Source of the DNA: Eledone cirrhosa
Taxonomy: Eukaryota
Assembly: GCA_964016885.1 (NCBI GenBank)
Contig: OZ024752.1
Coordinates: 6,634,001 to 6,698,000, forward strand
Direction of reading: 5' to 3'
DNA: 64,000 nucleotides
A program made the translations under genes and the position numbers. Below the pieces are notes generated by a model that saw nothing but the letters and a program-made list of their open reading frames with translations, was not told the origin of the DNA and ran no database searches. Numbering within the stretch: position 1 is the stretch's first letter; each line of letters opens with the position of its first letter. Below are positions 51,185 through 63,648 of this stretch, piece by piece.

Positions 51185-51303
51185 TTTCTATTAACAAACC
51201 CTGTTTTTAGATATTTTCTGGTAAATCATTAAAAAATGCCCTAGAAATGCTGCATGTAATGATTTAGCAGAAAATATCTAAAAACAGGGTTTGTTAATAG
51301 AAA
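51185..51303. repeat. 47-bp-arm inverted repeat with 25-nt loop
   Basis: TTTCTATTAACAAACCCTGTTTTTAGATATTTTCTG... pairs with 51257-51303, one mismatch. Confidence 0.9.
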
Positions 51304-52759
51304 CCTGGTGGAGCCCATCTCCTGTCCAGGCCTGAACACAGCAGGTTTTTTCCTGAGAAGGATAGAGAGAGTGATAAAATGGAAGTGGGAAAGAGATATA
51401 GAAGAAGAATCAACCCCAGCAGTAGACTGGTACTTTTGTTTATCGATCTCAAATGGATGAAAGACAAAACTGACCTTGACATGATTTGATCTGAGAGTAG
51501 AGAATCAAAAGGAATGCTATAAAGCATTCTATCTGATGACTGACAATTTGCTGATAAAAAGGGTTCCAACCAATAAAAGAATAAATCTCCTTCCTTGATT
51601 TACCCCATCCACCCTCCACCAGTGTTGGGAGCACTGCCCCTCCCTCTCCATCCCCCTCACTAAACAGTAAAATTAACAAACAAAACAATAATAGCCAAGT
51701 CTTTCTTCCCTGATATGTCTGGCCACCAAATGTTTCCTTCACACTCCATTGTTGAGTGATTAGTGGTGGAGAATCATTAGACTGTAAAATTGATTGTTCC
51801 AGAAGAAGACCAAAACAAAACAACATCCCATCATACCAACAAAAAAAGGGGAACATTACAACAAGAAGAAGAGGAAGAAATTAATGTCTGAAATGGTTGT
51901 AAGACTCATTGGACATTCATTCCTCTTCCAGGTTGACATCAATTACATCTAGCTAGAGTATGTTACAAGATGGTGGTCTGTGTAGACAGATTGAGTAATT
52001 CTCTAGACTGCTGGGACAGCTTGTTTATGTGACAGACAGACAGATGTATAGACAGATAGACAGATGTACAGATACAGTCACACACAGACAGATATACAGA
52101 CAGATATACACACACAGACACACAGACAGATATACAGACAGATATACACACACAGACAGATATACAGACAGATATACACACACAGACACACACAGACAGA
52201 TATACAGACAGATATACACACACAGACACACAGAGACAGATATACAGACAGACAGAGACAGATATACAGACAGACAGACACACACACACACAGACATAGA
52301 TATACAGACAGACAGACACACACACACACAGACATAGATATACAGATACAGTCTTAGACAGATATAGAGACAGACAGAGACACACAGACAGACAGACAGA
52401 GACACACAGACAGACAGACACACACACAGACACACACACACACACAGACATATAGACACACAAACAGACACACAGACATATAGACACACAAACAGACACA
52501 CAGACAGGATACACACATACAGATACACAGACACACATACAGACACAGAGACACACACATGCACATACATAGACACAGAGACACACACAGACACAGAAAT
52601 ACACACACAGACACAGAAATACACACACAGACGCATACACAAGACAGACACAGAGACATAGACATACACACAGAGACACAACACCCTCATCCGCAAGTTT
52701 GACACTTCAACCCCCCCCCCCCCCCCCAACTCCAACTATATATATATATATATATTATA

Positions 52760-52945
52760 ATAATTGTTTCTATTTTAGGCACAAGGCCAGCAATTACCCC
52801 AGTGTATTACTGGTACTTTATTTTATCAACCCCGTAAGGATGAAAGACAAAGTTAACCTTGGCGGGATTTGAACTCAGACCATAAAGGGACGTAACTCTA
52901 TGCATCAAAGCATGGTGTCCGACCCTCTACCGATACTGCCAATCC
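52760..52945 (-). mobile_element. tRNA-SINE
   Basis: Full-length family sequence. Confidence 0.88.
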
Positions 52946-53115
52946 AATGAATCAGTGTTGCATCATATTTATATTTAATTACACATTACATATGTTTCAC
53001 AGCCAATCAGCTCGAGGAACAATTGATTATGTCTGTTCCTGACTCTGGAATCGGAAGTTGCTCAGATATGTGTGCGTGTATATATATACACACACATATA
53101 TATATATATATACAC

Positions 53116-53148
<33 letters not shown>

Positions 53149-53159
53149 TATATATATAT

Positions 53160-53232
<73 letters not shown>

Positions 53233-53461
53233 CACATATATATATATATACACACATATATATATATACACACATGTGTATATATACACACATGTATATA
53301 TATATACACACATATATATATATATACACATATATATATATATATATACACTATATAAATATATATATATATTATATATATATATATATTATATATATAT
53401 ATTATATATATATATATATGTGTTTATATATATATTATATATATATATATGCATATATATA

Positions 53462-53675
53462 TATTTAATTAGAAAGTGAACAACACAAAATATAACTAAT
53501 CCATTACCAAAGGTTTCTGGATCCCAGACAATAATAATATACGTCTGGATCGGTCATCAGAGATGTTATAACATCTCTGACGACCGATCCAGACATATAT
53601 TAATATTGTCTGGGACCCAGAAACCTTTGGTAATGGATTAGTTATATCTTGTGTTGTTCACTTTCTAATTAAATA
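53462..53675. repeat. 107-bp-arm palindrome with a degenerate hammerhead on each strand (family E)
   Basis: Arms 53462-53568 and 53569-53675, no loop, 5 mismatches. Plus strand: CTGACGA 53577-83 ... GAAAC-CTTTG-GTA 53620-32. Minus arm reads CTGATGA. Stem I is weak. Confidence 0.85.
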
Positions 53676-53734
53676 GCTCTGTTCTATATATAGAGCACTC
53701 TTTTTTTCCTTTGCTTTTCCTTCGTAATTACCTA

Positions 53735-53786
<52 letters not shown>

Positions 53787-53934
53787 GAAACCCAACAATG
53801 GGCCCAGCAATTTCAGATTGTTTTCTCAAGTTTTCTGAGAAAGCTTAAGAAAACACAGGAACCACACAGCTGTCAGGATACTACCTCCTCAATATACCCA
53901 CTTTATATTTTATTGTACTACCCTGATTTAGGAT

Positions 53935-54522
53935 CTACCACCACCACCACAACCCAGCACCACCACGACCCACCACCCGCCACCACGACCCAGCACCATC
54001 ACGACCCACCACCACCACAACCCAGTACCACCACAACCCACCACCACCACGACCCACCACCACCACAACCCACCACAACCCACCACGACCACAACCCACC
54101 ACCCACCACGACCCACCACCACCACGACCCACCACCACCACCACCACGACCTACCACCACCACAACCCACCACCACCACCACCACCACCCACCACCACCA
54201 CCACGACCCACCACCACCACCACGACCTACCACCACCACAACCCAGCACCACCACGACCCACCACCCGCCACCACGACCCAGCACCACCACGACCCACCA
54301 CCACCACAACCCACCACAACCACAACCCACCACCCACCACGACCCACCACCACCACGACCCACCACCACCACCACCACGACCTACCACCACCACAACCCA
54401 CCACCACCACCACCACCACCCACCACCACCACCACGACCCAGCACCACCACAACACACCACCACCACGACCACCACGACCTACCACCACCACAACCCAGC
54501 ACCACCACGACCCACCACCACA
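53935..54522. repeat. CAC-rich low-complexity repeat
   Basis: Direct observation. Confidence 0.9.
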
Positions 54523-54549
54523 TATATACACAGATATGTTTTTGTCTTC

Positions 54550-54685
54550 CACATTCCACTGACAAGTCATTGGCCAACCCAGGGCTATAGTAGAAGTAAA
54601 GAGACTTGCCCAAGGTGACATGCAGGACGATTGAACCCCAGAACCATGTGATTTCAAGATGAACTCCTTAACCATTCAGCCATAC
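54550..54685 (-). mobile_element. Third SINE family (GGCTATAGTAGAAG..CTTGCCCAAGGTG); copies at 48570-48700 and 23520-23575
   Basis: Repeated dispersed sequence with CORE-like CCTTGGGCAAG and B-box GGTTCAATC on the minus strand. Confidence 0.65.
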
Positions 54686-55195
54686 TTAATTATCTCTAAT
54701 TATACCACATGTTTGTTTTTTCTCACTATTCCCTCCATGGGAGCGGGGGGTATGTACCTGTTGATGTCATCAAATAAAGTAAATGTTAATAATAATAATA
54801 ATAATAATAAAGATCAAACTTACCACTATTGTCATCATAATGTTGGTACTCACCTGCAATAGATAAATAAAGAATAACATTAAATATACACATAAATAAA
54901 TATAATGGAAGATGGCAACATCTTTAAGGGTCATCACCCTATTTTATAAGCTAGTTTCTAGCATCTCTGTGCTTCAGCACACCCTTCTTTATATTAACTA
55001 GCAGAAAACCACCCTCTCGGCAGCTTTCTGCTAGCATGTGAGGTGTGTATATTGATATTATACGCAAGTATATACACATGTAGATATGATACATCAAATG
55101 AAAAGTAAATTGAGAGTATACACAGAAATTGGAGAGAGACTGTTACACTGTCTTCTGTAATCAGTAAAGTCATCCATGATACATTAAAAAAGACG

Positions 55196-55655
55196 ATATT
55201 ATATATAAACTGGATTATGGTGATATTATATATAAACTGGATTATGGTGATATTATATATAAACTGGATTATGGTGATATTATATATAAACTGGATTATG
55301 GTGATATTATATATAAACTGGATTATGGTGATATTATATATAAACTGGATTATGGTGATATTATATATAAACTGGATTATGGTGATATTATATATAAACT
55401 GGATTATGGTGATATTATATATAAACTGGATTATGGTGATATTATATATAAACTGGATTATGGTGATATTATATATAAACTGGATTATGGTGATATTATA
55501 TATAAACTGGATTATGGTGATATTATATATAAACTGGATTATGGTGATATTATATATAAACTGGATTATGGTGATATTATATATAAACTGGATTATGGTG
55601 ATATTATATATAAACTGGATTATGGTGATATTATATATAAACTGGATTATGGTGA
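55196..55655. repeat. Perfect 27-bp minisatellite (~17 copies)
   Basis: ATATTATATATAAACTGGATTATGGTG. Confidence 0.97.
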
Positions 55656-56076
55656 AATGTTATGAAAACGGAAAAGGAGAAAATGAGAATAATGATGGAA
55701 ATATAAACATTATGATATAACGATACAAATATATGAACGTCTATATATAATGGTATAGAAGAGATGTGATATAGCAATGAAAATATAGTGTACGGTGAAG
55801 TGTTATGATATAACGGACGCTAATGGAAGTGTTGACATTTGAAAATATTAAAAGAAGTGAATCTTGAAATAAGCAATAATTTAAATATAAGAATATTTAT
55901 GTTTAATCAAGAGCTAAGAAATTTAGTGGATAAATTACATAATATTCATTCATTATTTAGTCAAAATAATCCAACTTATTTTAATAACATGTTCAGAAAA
56001 AATCTCTCTCACAGTCTCGCAGTTCTCCAATCAATTATATATAATATATATATATTATATTATATATATATATATA

Positions 56077-56155
56077 TTACCCACTCTACTATCTTAAGTA
56101 TTGAGTACTCTGGTGCGTTATGGTCCATCTGGTTCCTTACCACACTTCCTTCGTT
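56077..56155 (+). mobile_element. Family G tail-only copy
   Basis: ATTACCCACTCTACT...CCTTCGTTA is the reverse complement of 22979-23058 and sits between TA tracts. Confidence 0.7.
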
Positions 56156-56309
56156 ATATATATATATATATATATATAGCAAAAGAATGAAGAACAACAT
56201 GGTCAGCTGTACAATAGGGTTTATTTACAGTATTAATTGTCTCATTAGTCCGGTGTGTCTAAAAGTAGCTGATTGTTAGATCTAGCTTGATTACCACGGT
56301 AAAAGGTTC

Positions 56310-56497
56310 CCAGTTCCACACTGTAAATGTGGTTGGTGTTAGGAAGGGCATCCAGCCGTAGAAAACCTGCCAGATAGTCCTATATGAGCGAGACACGGTC
56401 ACCTGACCAACCTTGCCTCAAGTGCGACAACTCCCGTCTAACCCATGCTAGCGTGGAAAATGGACGTTAAACGAAGATGATGATAATGATGATGATG
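56310..56497 (+). mobile_element. Short RTE-tail insertion; similar copies at 6590-6787 and 8895-9077
   Basis: GTTAGGAAGGGCATCCAGC...CCATGCTAGCGTGGAAAATGGACGTTAAACG(ATG)n. Confidence 0.8.
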
Positions 56498-56501
56498 AAA
56501 T

Positions 56502-56685
56502 ATTAGTTATGTAATAAACAACATAAGATAATTATTTCATTTACCAGTGGTTTCTTGAAAGCAAACAAATTTGCTTTCAGTCATCAGAATTTTTTCATTT
56601 TGATGACTGAAAGCAAATTTGTTTGCTTTCAAGAAACCACTGGTAAATGAAATAATTATCTTATGTTGTTTATTACATAACTAAT
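56502..56685. repeat. 89-bp-arm palindrome with a hammerhead on each strand (family F)
   Basis: Arms 56502-56590 and 56597-56685, one mismatch. Plus strand: TTTCATT-TTGATGA-C-TGAAAGCAAA-TTTG-TTTGCTTTCA-A-GAAAC-CACTG-GTA-AATGAAA. Minus arm has CTGATGA. Confidence 0.88.
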
Positions 56686-56748
56686 GAGCTCTGTAACCTA
56701 CATAGAGCACTCTTTTTTCCTGGACCTTTCCGACGGAATTACTTCATT

Positions 56749-56796
<48 letters not shown>

Positions 56797-57556
56797 CAAA
56801 GATGAAATTAAATCAGTTTTTTTTCTCCATAACATGTTTCTGCAAAAAGAAACAAAATTTACTCACATAAAGACCGATTCTTAACTAATTTTATGGATCA
56901 TACTAGCCAGCTGTCTTTTGGTTCACTGCTGAATAGAACCTCACCAACTATACTGAGACTTGCCTGTCATTGTTGATCAAGTGTGGGTTGGACATGGGGC
57001 AGGATTTAAACATGGAATACAAAGAGCCACATCAGATATCGCAAAACATCTTGACCAATGTTTTGACAATGCCAAAAGTATCAAGTACCACATTCTTATG
57101 TAAACATACACCTAACCCAAGCAAGCGTGGAGGAAATGGCTGTTAAATGATGATGATGATGATGAATAGATAAATACACACGCACATACATGTATATATA
57201 AATACACACACATACATGTACACACACAAACTTTGTGGGTGGCCAATTTGAGTACCTGTACAGGAATAACTATTTCTTGGGAAATTCTAATTCTTGTAGA
57301 AGATAAGTTTTCTTTACATATTTAGTAGCAAGTCATTTTATTGTATGTCAACGGTTTCCCCATCTCCCTGGAGCAGATAATCACACTGTTATTTAAATCA
57401 TATGCAGTTTATATAGTTATGAATATGTATGTTATTATATCATGTTGTTTAAAATAGGTCAGAAGTTCATTTCATTGGAAGTAAAAAGACTTGAGTCTTA
57501 TACATGATCCTTCGAATTATCTTACACACAATCTGTTAAAGTCTTCACACAATGAC

Positions 57557-58554
57557 AGTTAACAACAGTCAGAAGGTGTGTGGTACTAGTTAACAACAGT
57601 CAGAAGGTGTGTGGTACCAGTTAACAACAGTCAGAAGGTGTGTGGTACCAGTTAACAACAGTCAGAAGGTGTGTGGTACCAGTTAACAACAGTCAGAAGG
57701 TGTGTGGTACCAGTTAACAACAGTCAGAAGGTGTGTGGTATCAGTTAACAACAGTCAGAAGGTGTGTGGTACTAGTTAACAACAGTCAGAAGGTGTGTGG
57801 TACCAGTTAACAACAGTCAGAAGGTGTGTGGTACCAGTTAACAACAGTCAGAAGGTGTGTGGTACCAGTTAACAACAGTCAGAAGGTGTGTGGTACCAGT
57901 TAACAACAGTCAGAAGGTGTGTGGTACCAGTTAACAACAGTCAGAAGGTGTGTGGTATCAGTTAACAACAGTCAGAAGGTGTGTGGTACTAGTTAACAAC
58001 AGTCAGAAGGTGTGTGGTACTAGTTAACAACAGTCAGAAGGTGTGTGGTACCAGTTAACAACGGTTAGAAGGTGTGTGGTACCAGTTAACAACAGTCAGA
58101 AGGTGTGTGGTACCAGTTAACAACAGTCAGAAGGTGTGTGGTACCAGTTAACAACAGTCAGAAGGTGTGTGGTACCAGTTAACAACAGTCAGAAGGTGTG
58201 TGGTACTAGTTAACAACAGTCAGAAGGTGTGTGGTACCAGTTAACAACAGTCAGAAGGTGTGTGGTACCAGTTAACAACAGTCAGAAGGTGTGTGGTACC
58301 AGTTAACAACAGTTAGAAGGTGTGTGGTACCAATTAACAGTCAGAAGGTGTGTGGTACCAGTTAACAACAGTCAGAAGGTGTGTGGTACCAGTTAACAGT
58401 CAGAAGGTGTGTGGTACCAGTTAACAGTCAGAAGGTGTGTGGTACCAGTTAACAACAGTTAGAAGGTGTGTGGTACTAGTTAACAACAGTCAGAAGGTGT
58501 GTGGTACCAGTTAACAACAGTCAGAAGGTGTGTGGTACCAGTTAACAACAGTCA
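57557..58554. repeat. 31-bp minisatellite (~32 copies)
   Basis: CAGTTAACAACAGTCAGAAGGTGTGTGGTAC. Confidence 0.97.
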
Positions 58555-59461
58555 AGATGTGGGTGGCACCAATCATGGCGTGCAAACAGAATGAAGATCT
58601 TAAATTATGAATTTCACAGACTTTCACAGATATTCCAGAGTTGCAATTGTCTGGCAAGACTGGATGGAATTGTTAGTGACCAGAACACAACAATTTTATA
58701 TACTTTAACTATTTTGTGACCCTATTTCTAATAAAATACACTGCATTTCAATTGATTAATGGCGAATTTTAAAGGATTTACTAATTAATTTGTTAATTAT
58801 TTCATTACTAAGATAGAAACTCAAAATGTTTCTTATATAAAACTATGTTGGAAGATTTTCATTTAAATCTAACCCTTTAGAATTTAAACCAGCCAGAATT
58901 CTCTCATCTCTTTCTGTTCAAACAGGCCACTGGCTGCTCATACTGATGTTAAGGTATTATTCTCAAAATAAATAACCTCAAAATCTCATAGATTTGATAT
59001 AATGTGAGATAATTATATGAAATAAAGTGTTTACTGTGAAAATACAATAGTAAATATAGAGTAATGTAAATGTTGAAGTGTTAAATATGAACCCGTTAAA
59101 ACAGGAGGTTTTGTTTCATAGAAGCAGAGTCATGTTTGACTAGGTTGTACAGGGTTAATGTAACCTTCATTACCTAGGATACACAGTAAATATTTTATAC
59201 TTATTTTAGGAAAACATAACATGTTCGATGCCAGGAAATATGGTTACTCATTATGTTGCCAAAGGAAGTCAATTTGACAGTAATTTCTAGCTGATATTTG
59301 ATACCCATTAAAAAGAGTTATTTAGATAATGTTTTACCATCTTAGCATTTGGTCAGCTTCAAAAGAAATAGTTACATAAGAGATACTAAGTCTCTTGATA
59401 TCAAACTGCCTGCAACTGCCCCTCATTCTGTGATACAAAACTTGGTTTTTAAAGTGTTTAT

Positions 59462-59880
59462 CAACGCTAGCATGGGTTAGATGGTTTTGTTCCATTTGAT
59501 GCGGGAATGGTTGGGAGACCGTGTCTTGCTTGTACGGAAGCGTCTCTGGCAGGTTTTTTTTTACAGCTGGATGCCCTTCCTAAAACCAACCACATTTACA
59601 GTGTGGACTGGGAGCCTTTTTACCGTGTCTCCTACACAGCCACCTTACAGTGTGGACTTTTGTGTCATCGACACAGTGGACAGAATGGGAGAGGGAGGGT
59701 GGGGTAGGGTGTGGTCGTGAGGTGTACATTAAGTTAAGAGGTGCCTACTGACTGTAGGTTTGTATGCAACGGTAGTCGGGTCTTCTGTACAACTGCATGG
59801 CACCAAAGGTCTCAATCCAGGGTCATTGTCTTAGAGAGGTGTAGGTGAGTAAGGTCAGTTTTTATCACCTCGTCCCAGGT
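59462..59880 (-). mobile_element. Diverged RTE 3' end inserted in a MITE
   Basis: Homologous to 31075-31545; MITE sequence resumes at 59881. Confidence 0.75.
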
Positions 59881-60371
59881 TTTTATTTATCTAAAAACCT
59901 TCCATCATAATTATAAGCAAGAACCTTTGTTAAGTTATATCCCAAACACCAGCTTAATAATGAGAATGTGAGTTCTATCGCTAAATCTCTCAAATTCTTG
60001 ATTATTTTCAAAGTTAATAGAAAATTCCAGGCAATTGAAAATCATGGAAATTACTCAACAAAAGAGTTGAGGGTCTTTTTTTTCTGTTTAGTCAGAGAAA
60101 GAAGGGCAGTACCTATGATATTTTTCAGTGACTATATGACTGGAGGAAAGTATCCTTAGACCAGAGACTTGCCCTGAATTCTTGCAACAGATTGGACTCT
60201 GCAAACGTCATCGAAGGACCAGGTGGTGGTGTTAAACCAGACAATGGTTTACATCTACCAGACAAGAAGACTACAGTGGGATTTGAACTCAGAAATCAAA
60301 GAACTGTAACAAATACTACAAGGCATCAGACCCTCTAACAATTATGCCTGTATTTTAGTGTAATATTAAAG

Positions 60372-60530
60372 CGCGGTGGATTGGCAGTATCAGTAGAGGG
60401 TCGGACGCCATGCTTTGCAGCATAGAGTTACGGCCCTTTACGATCTGAGTTCAAATCCTGCCGAGGTTAACTTTGCCTTTCATCCTTACAGGGATAATTG
60501 CTGCCCTTGTGCCAAAAATAGAAACAATTA
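60372..60530 (+). mobile_element. tRNA-SINE with internal deletion
   Basis: A/B boxes present; lacks the TCGATAAAATAAAGTACCAG segment. Confidence 0.85.
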
Positions 60531-60699
60531 TAATATATAGCAGAGTTAAATGTTTTTATAAAATGCTTTCCTCCTTGTTAGAGACATCTGTTTATTGAGA
60601 GATTGTAAGGTTAGTGTTAGTGTTAAGAATTCTCAGCTGTTGAACTGAGACAAAAATAAATGAAACCACTAATTAATCCATGTGTGTAATTTTTGTGAA

Positions 60700-61072
60700 G
60701 GAACATGCTTTAGTGGTTAGTGCGTTAGGCTCAGGATTGTAAGGCCAAGAGTATGATTGATTACCAACTGTATGTTGTGTCCTTGAGCAAATCACTTTAT
60801 TTCAGATTAGATGGAAAAAATGAATACAGGTAAAATTCCATTATAACAAATTTTTCAGTATAACAAAATGTTTTTCAATCCCTGAGGTAATAAACAAACG
60901 CTTGATTTGTTTTGGTCGATCTCGTTATAAAGAATTTTTCGTTACAATGAATCTTTTTATACCCCTTGAATTTCGTTATATTGAAATTTCACTGTAGTAC
61001 CTGTAATTCAAAGGGCCAGCTTTATCACACATGCACACACACAGTGTCATGTTGAATCTCCCTGAGAATTGC
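60700..61072 (+). mobile_element. CORE-SINE interrupted by a Tigger-like MITE
   Basis: TAGTGGTTAG head; GTGTCCTTGAGCAAATCACTTTATTTCA CORE; tail resumes after 60996. Confidence 0.65.
60827..60994. mobile_element. Tc1/mariner (Tigger/pogo-like) MITE
   Basis: TA-CAGGTAAAATTCCATTATAACAAA ... TTCGTTATATTGAAATTTCACTG-TA imperfect TIRs with TA TSD. Confidence 0.7.
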
Positions 61073-61604
61073 AAGCTGTTCTATAGTTCAACAGAGGTCC
61101 AACACACACAGACCCCTAACATACCCTCACAAACTCAGCAGTTTATTTCACTTCCCTTCTTCAATCAGATCTTGTTAATCTAAATCTTTAAAGCGACATC
61201 TGTTTACTGCGAGAGTTTTTCATGAAGATGTTTAGAATTCTCAGCTGCTTCACTAAACTAAGACAAAAATAGGTGATAAATTAAATATTAATTAATCCCT
61301 ATATATACTTAATTCTCACTTCTAATCTATTATCTATTTTAAGAGACTCAAAGGGTCTTCTTTATTTATTAAACCCTTCTTCCTAGCCTTTGGGTCTTTT
61401 TTGGTGGGTAAGGGATACTTATTTTAAATAATATATTTAGGTGTTTTCTCGTATTAATTTTGCGATATCTTTTAGATAGTTAGATTGATATACTAAAATA
61501 TTTACTGTCGCAGGTGTTGATAAGTTATTTAAGATGCACATTAGCAAAATAAGGATCCTGAGATTACTTCTCTTCTTCAATATATATATATATGTATATA
61601 TATA

Positions 61605-61649
<45 letters not shown>

Positions 61650-61929
61650 CAAGTAAGTTTGTTTTGAAACAGCTATCGGTTTGAAATTTAGTAGAAATAG
61701 AAAGTCTGTTCTAAGCCGAAGACTCATCAAGCTGGTGTTTATCCCGGTTTCCTTGGCGTTAAGTGACAGAGTAGAAAAGCAGGACACTGATCTATCACAG
61801 GTTTAACTCCCCAGCTACTGCTGGTACTCACTCTCAGCTCAGTTTACTGGAGCAACATGAAATAAAGTGTCTTACTTAAGAACACAACACAGCAGCTTGT
61901 CCAAGAACTGAACTGACGACATTATCATT

Positions 61930-62283
61930 TAGGGCGGTAGAGGGTCGGACGCCATGCTTTCCAGCATAGTTACGTCCCTTTACGATCTGAGTTCAAATCC
62001 CGCCGAGATTGACTTTGCCTTTCATCCTTACGGGGTCGATAAAATAAAGTACCAGTAATGTACTGGGTAATTGCTGGCCTTGTGCCAAAAATGGAAACAA
62101 TTATCATTTAAAGGGTGGTGGATTGGCAGTATCCGTAGAAGGTCGGACGCTATGCTTTACAGCAAAGAGTTATGGCCCTTTATGATCTGAATTCAAATCC
62201 CGCCGAGGTTAACTTCGATGAAATAAAGTACCAGTAATACACTGGGATAATTGCTGGCCTTGTGCCAAAAGTAGAAACAATTA
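61930..62283 (+). mobile_element. Two tandem tRNA-SINEs
   Basis: 61930-62103 and 62113-62283 match the family. Confidence 0.88.
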
Positions 62284-62526
62284 CAATCGTATGCCAACCA
62301 TCCTAACCATTAGGTCATGTGACTTCATGAAGTAATAGGCATGCTAAGGTAAAGCCATGATCCTCCCTACCATTTTATGTCTGTTTTCTATCCTGACATG
62401 GGTTGACTAGGTCATCAATGCCTCAGTTCTTATTTAAAGTTTCTCCTCTCCTAGATGGATATAAGGATCATACAATTTTGCAAAATTTTCTGTGGCTAGC
62501 TTTACTGAGTGTACTCGGTGCATTAA

Positions 62527-62745
62527 CCCTTTAGCATTTACAGTGCTCTATATATACTAATGTATTTTTGTGGTAAAGGCTTCATTTTACATAATTATCT
62601 CATAATATCGAATTCATGAGATTTTGATGTTATTTATTTTGTGAACAAATCCTTAACATTAGCATGAGTGGCCAGTTGCAGCCAGTTTAAACAGAAAGAA
62701 GTGAGAGAATTCTGGCCGGTTATGGCCAGTTTAAATGCTAAAGGG
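62527..62745. mobile_element. piggyBac-like MITE, unexpanded 219-bp form
   Basis: TTAA-CCCTTTAGCATTTA ... TAAATGCTAAAGGG-TTAA. Other copies at 9914-10336, 58873-59080 and a partial one at 26385-26575. Confidence 0.85.
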
Positions 62746-63648
62746 TTAAGTCATGGCACCAGTGCTAGAGAGGTTGCCATGTTCTCGACAAGACTAAAGA
62801 GTCCTTTCAACCTTAAATTGCCTCTCTGTTCAATATACAAAAAACATTTTGAGTGTACTGGGTGCATTTTATCATGGCACCAACACTAAAGAGGTTATGT
62901 CTCTGGCAAAAATAAAGTCTCCCCTAACCCCTATATTCTTTCAGTTCAATGATCAACTTACTTTACAGAGTATACTGGATATATTTAACCCTGGCACAGC
63001 TCCCAAAACTGGTCGTCAACCTTAGAGAAGTCATCATGTCCTCAGCAAGACTTGGAGCAAAATAGAAATTATTTTTCCTTTGTAACGAACAAAACCATTG
63101 AACAAGAAAATATTTTCTTTAATTCTTATTTTAGTTGTTGTTGTTCTGAGAAAAAGACTCAGAAATCCAGGTTTATTGAAATTATTTTCTTGTTATTTTT
63201 TTCTTTTTCTCTTCACTTTTTGAGATTCATTTGTTTTGTGTCATCATCATCGTCAACATCATCATCAACATCATCATCTATTTATTTATTTTATTGGTTC
63301 CACCCACCATTACATATTTAACTCTGAGGATATCAACAACCTAATGGAAATCTCATTCCTCAGCTAATCATATTTTGTGTTGGCAGTGAATGTTGAACTC
63401 TCAAACTCCCTCAGTTAGTTATAAAGTTGAGTGCTTGGCAGGTTACCCACACTTCTACTTCACACAGGTCATTTGTAACGCCTTCTAGCACTGTCACCTT
63501 CTCTCATTCTATGGCGTGTGTGTGTGTGGTCCTATAACTCGTGATGGAGTCCTAAGTAGCATACAGCACTTCTGGGGCATTGTAAGCTTGGTGGAGCTCT
63601 TCTGGTGGAGCTCTTCAGATCTGAACATAGTAGATTTATTCCAGAGAA

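Noticed and set aside
55217-55720. IMVILYINW repeat protein
   Set aside because: Perfect 27-bp minisatellite with no synonymous variation.
63320-63366. CTGAGGA...GAAA hammerhead candidate
   Set aside because: Stems I and II do not pair; CTGAGGA instead pairs with downstream TCCTCAG.
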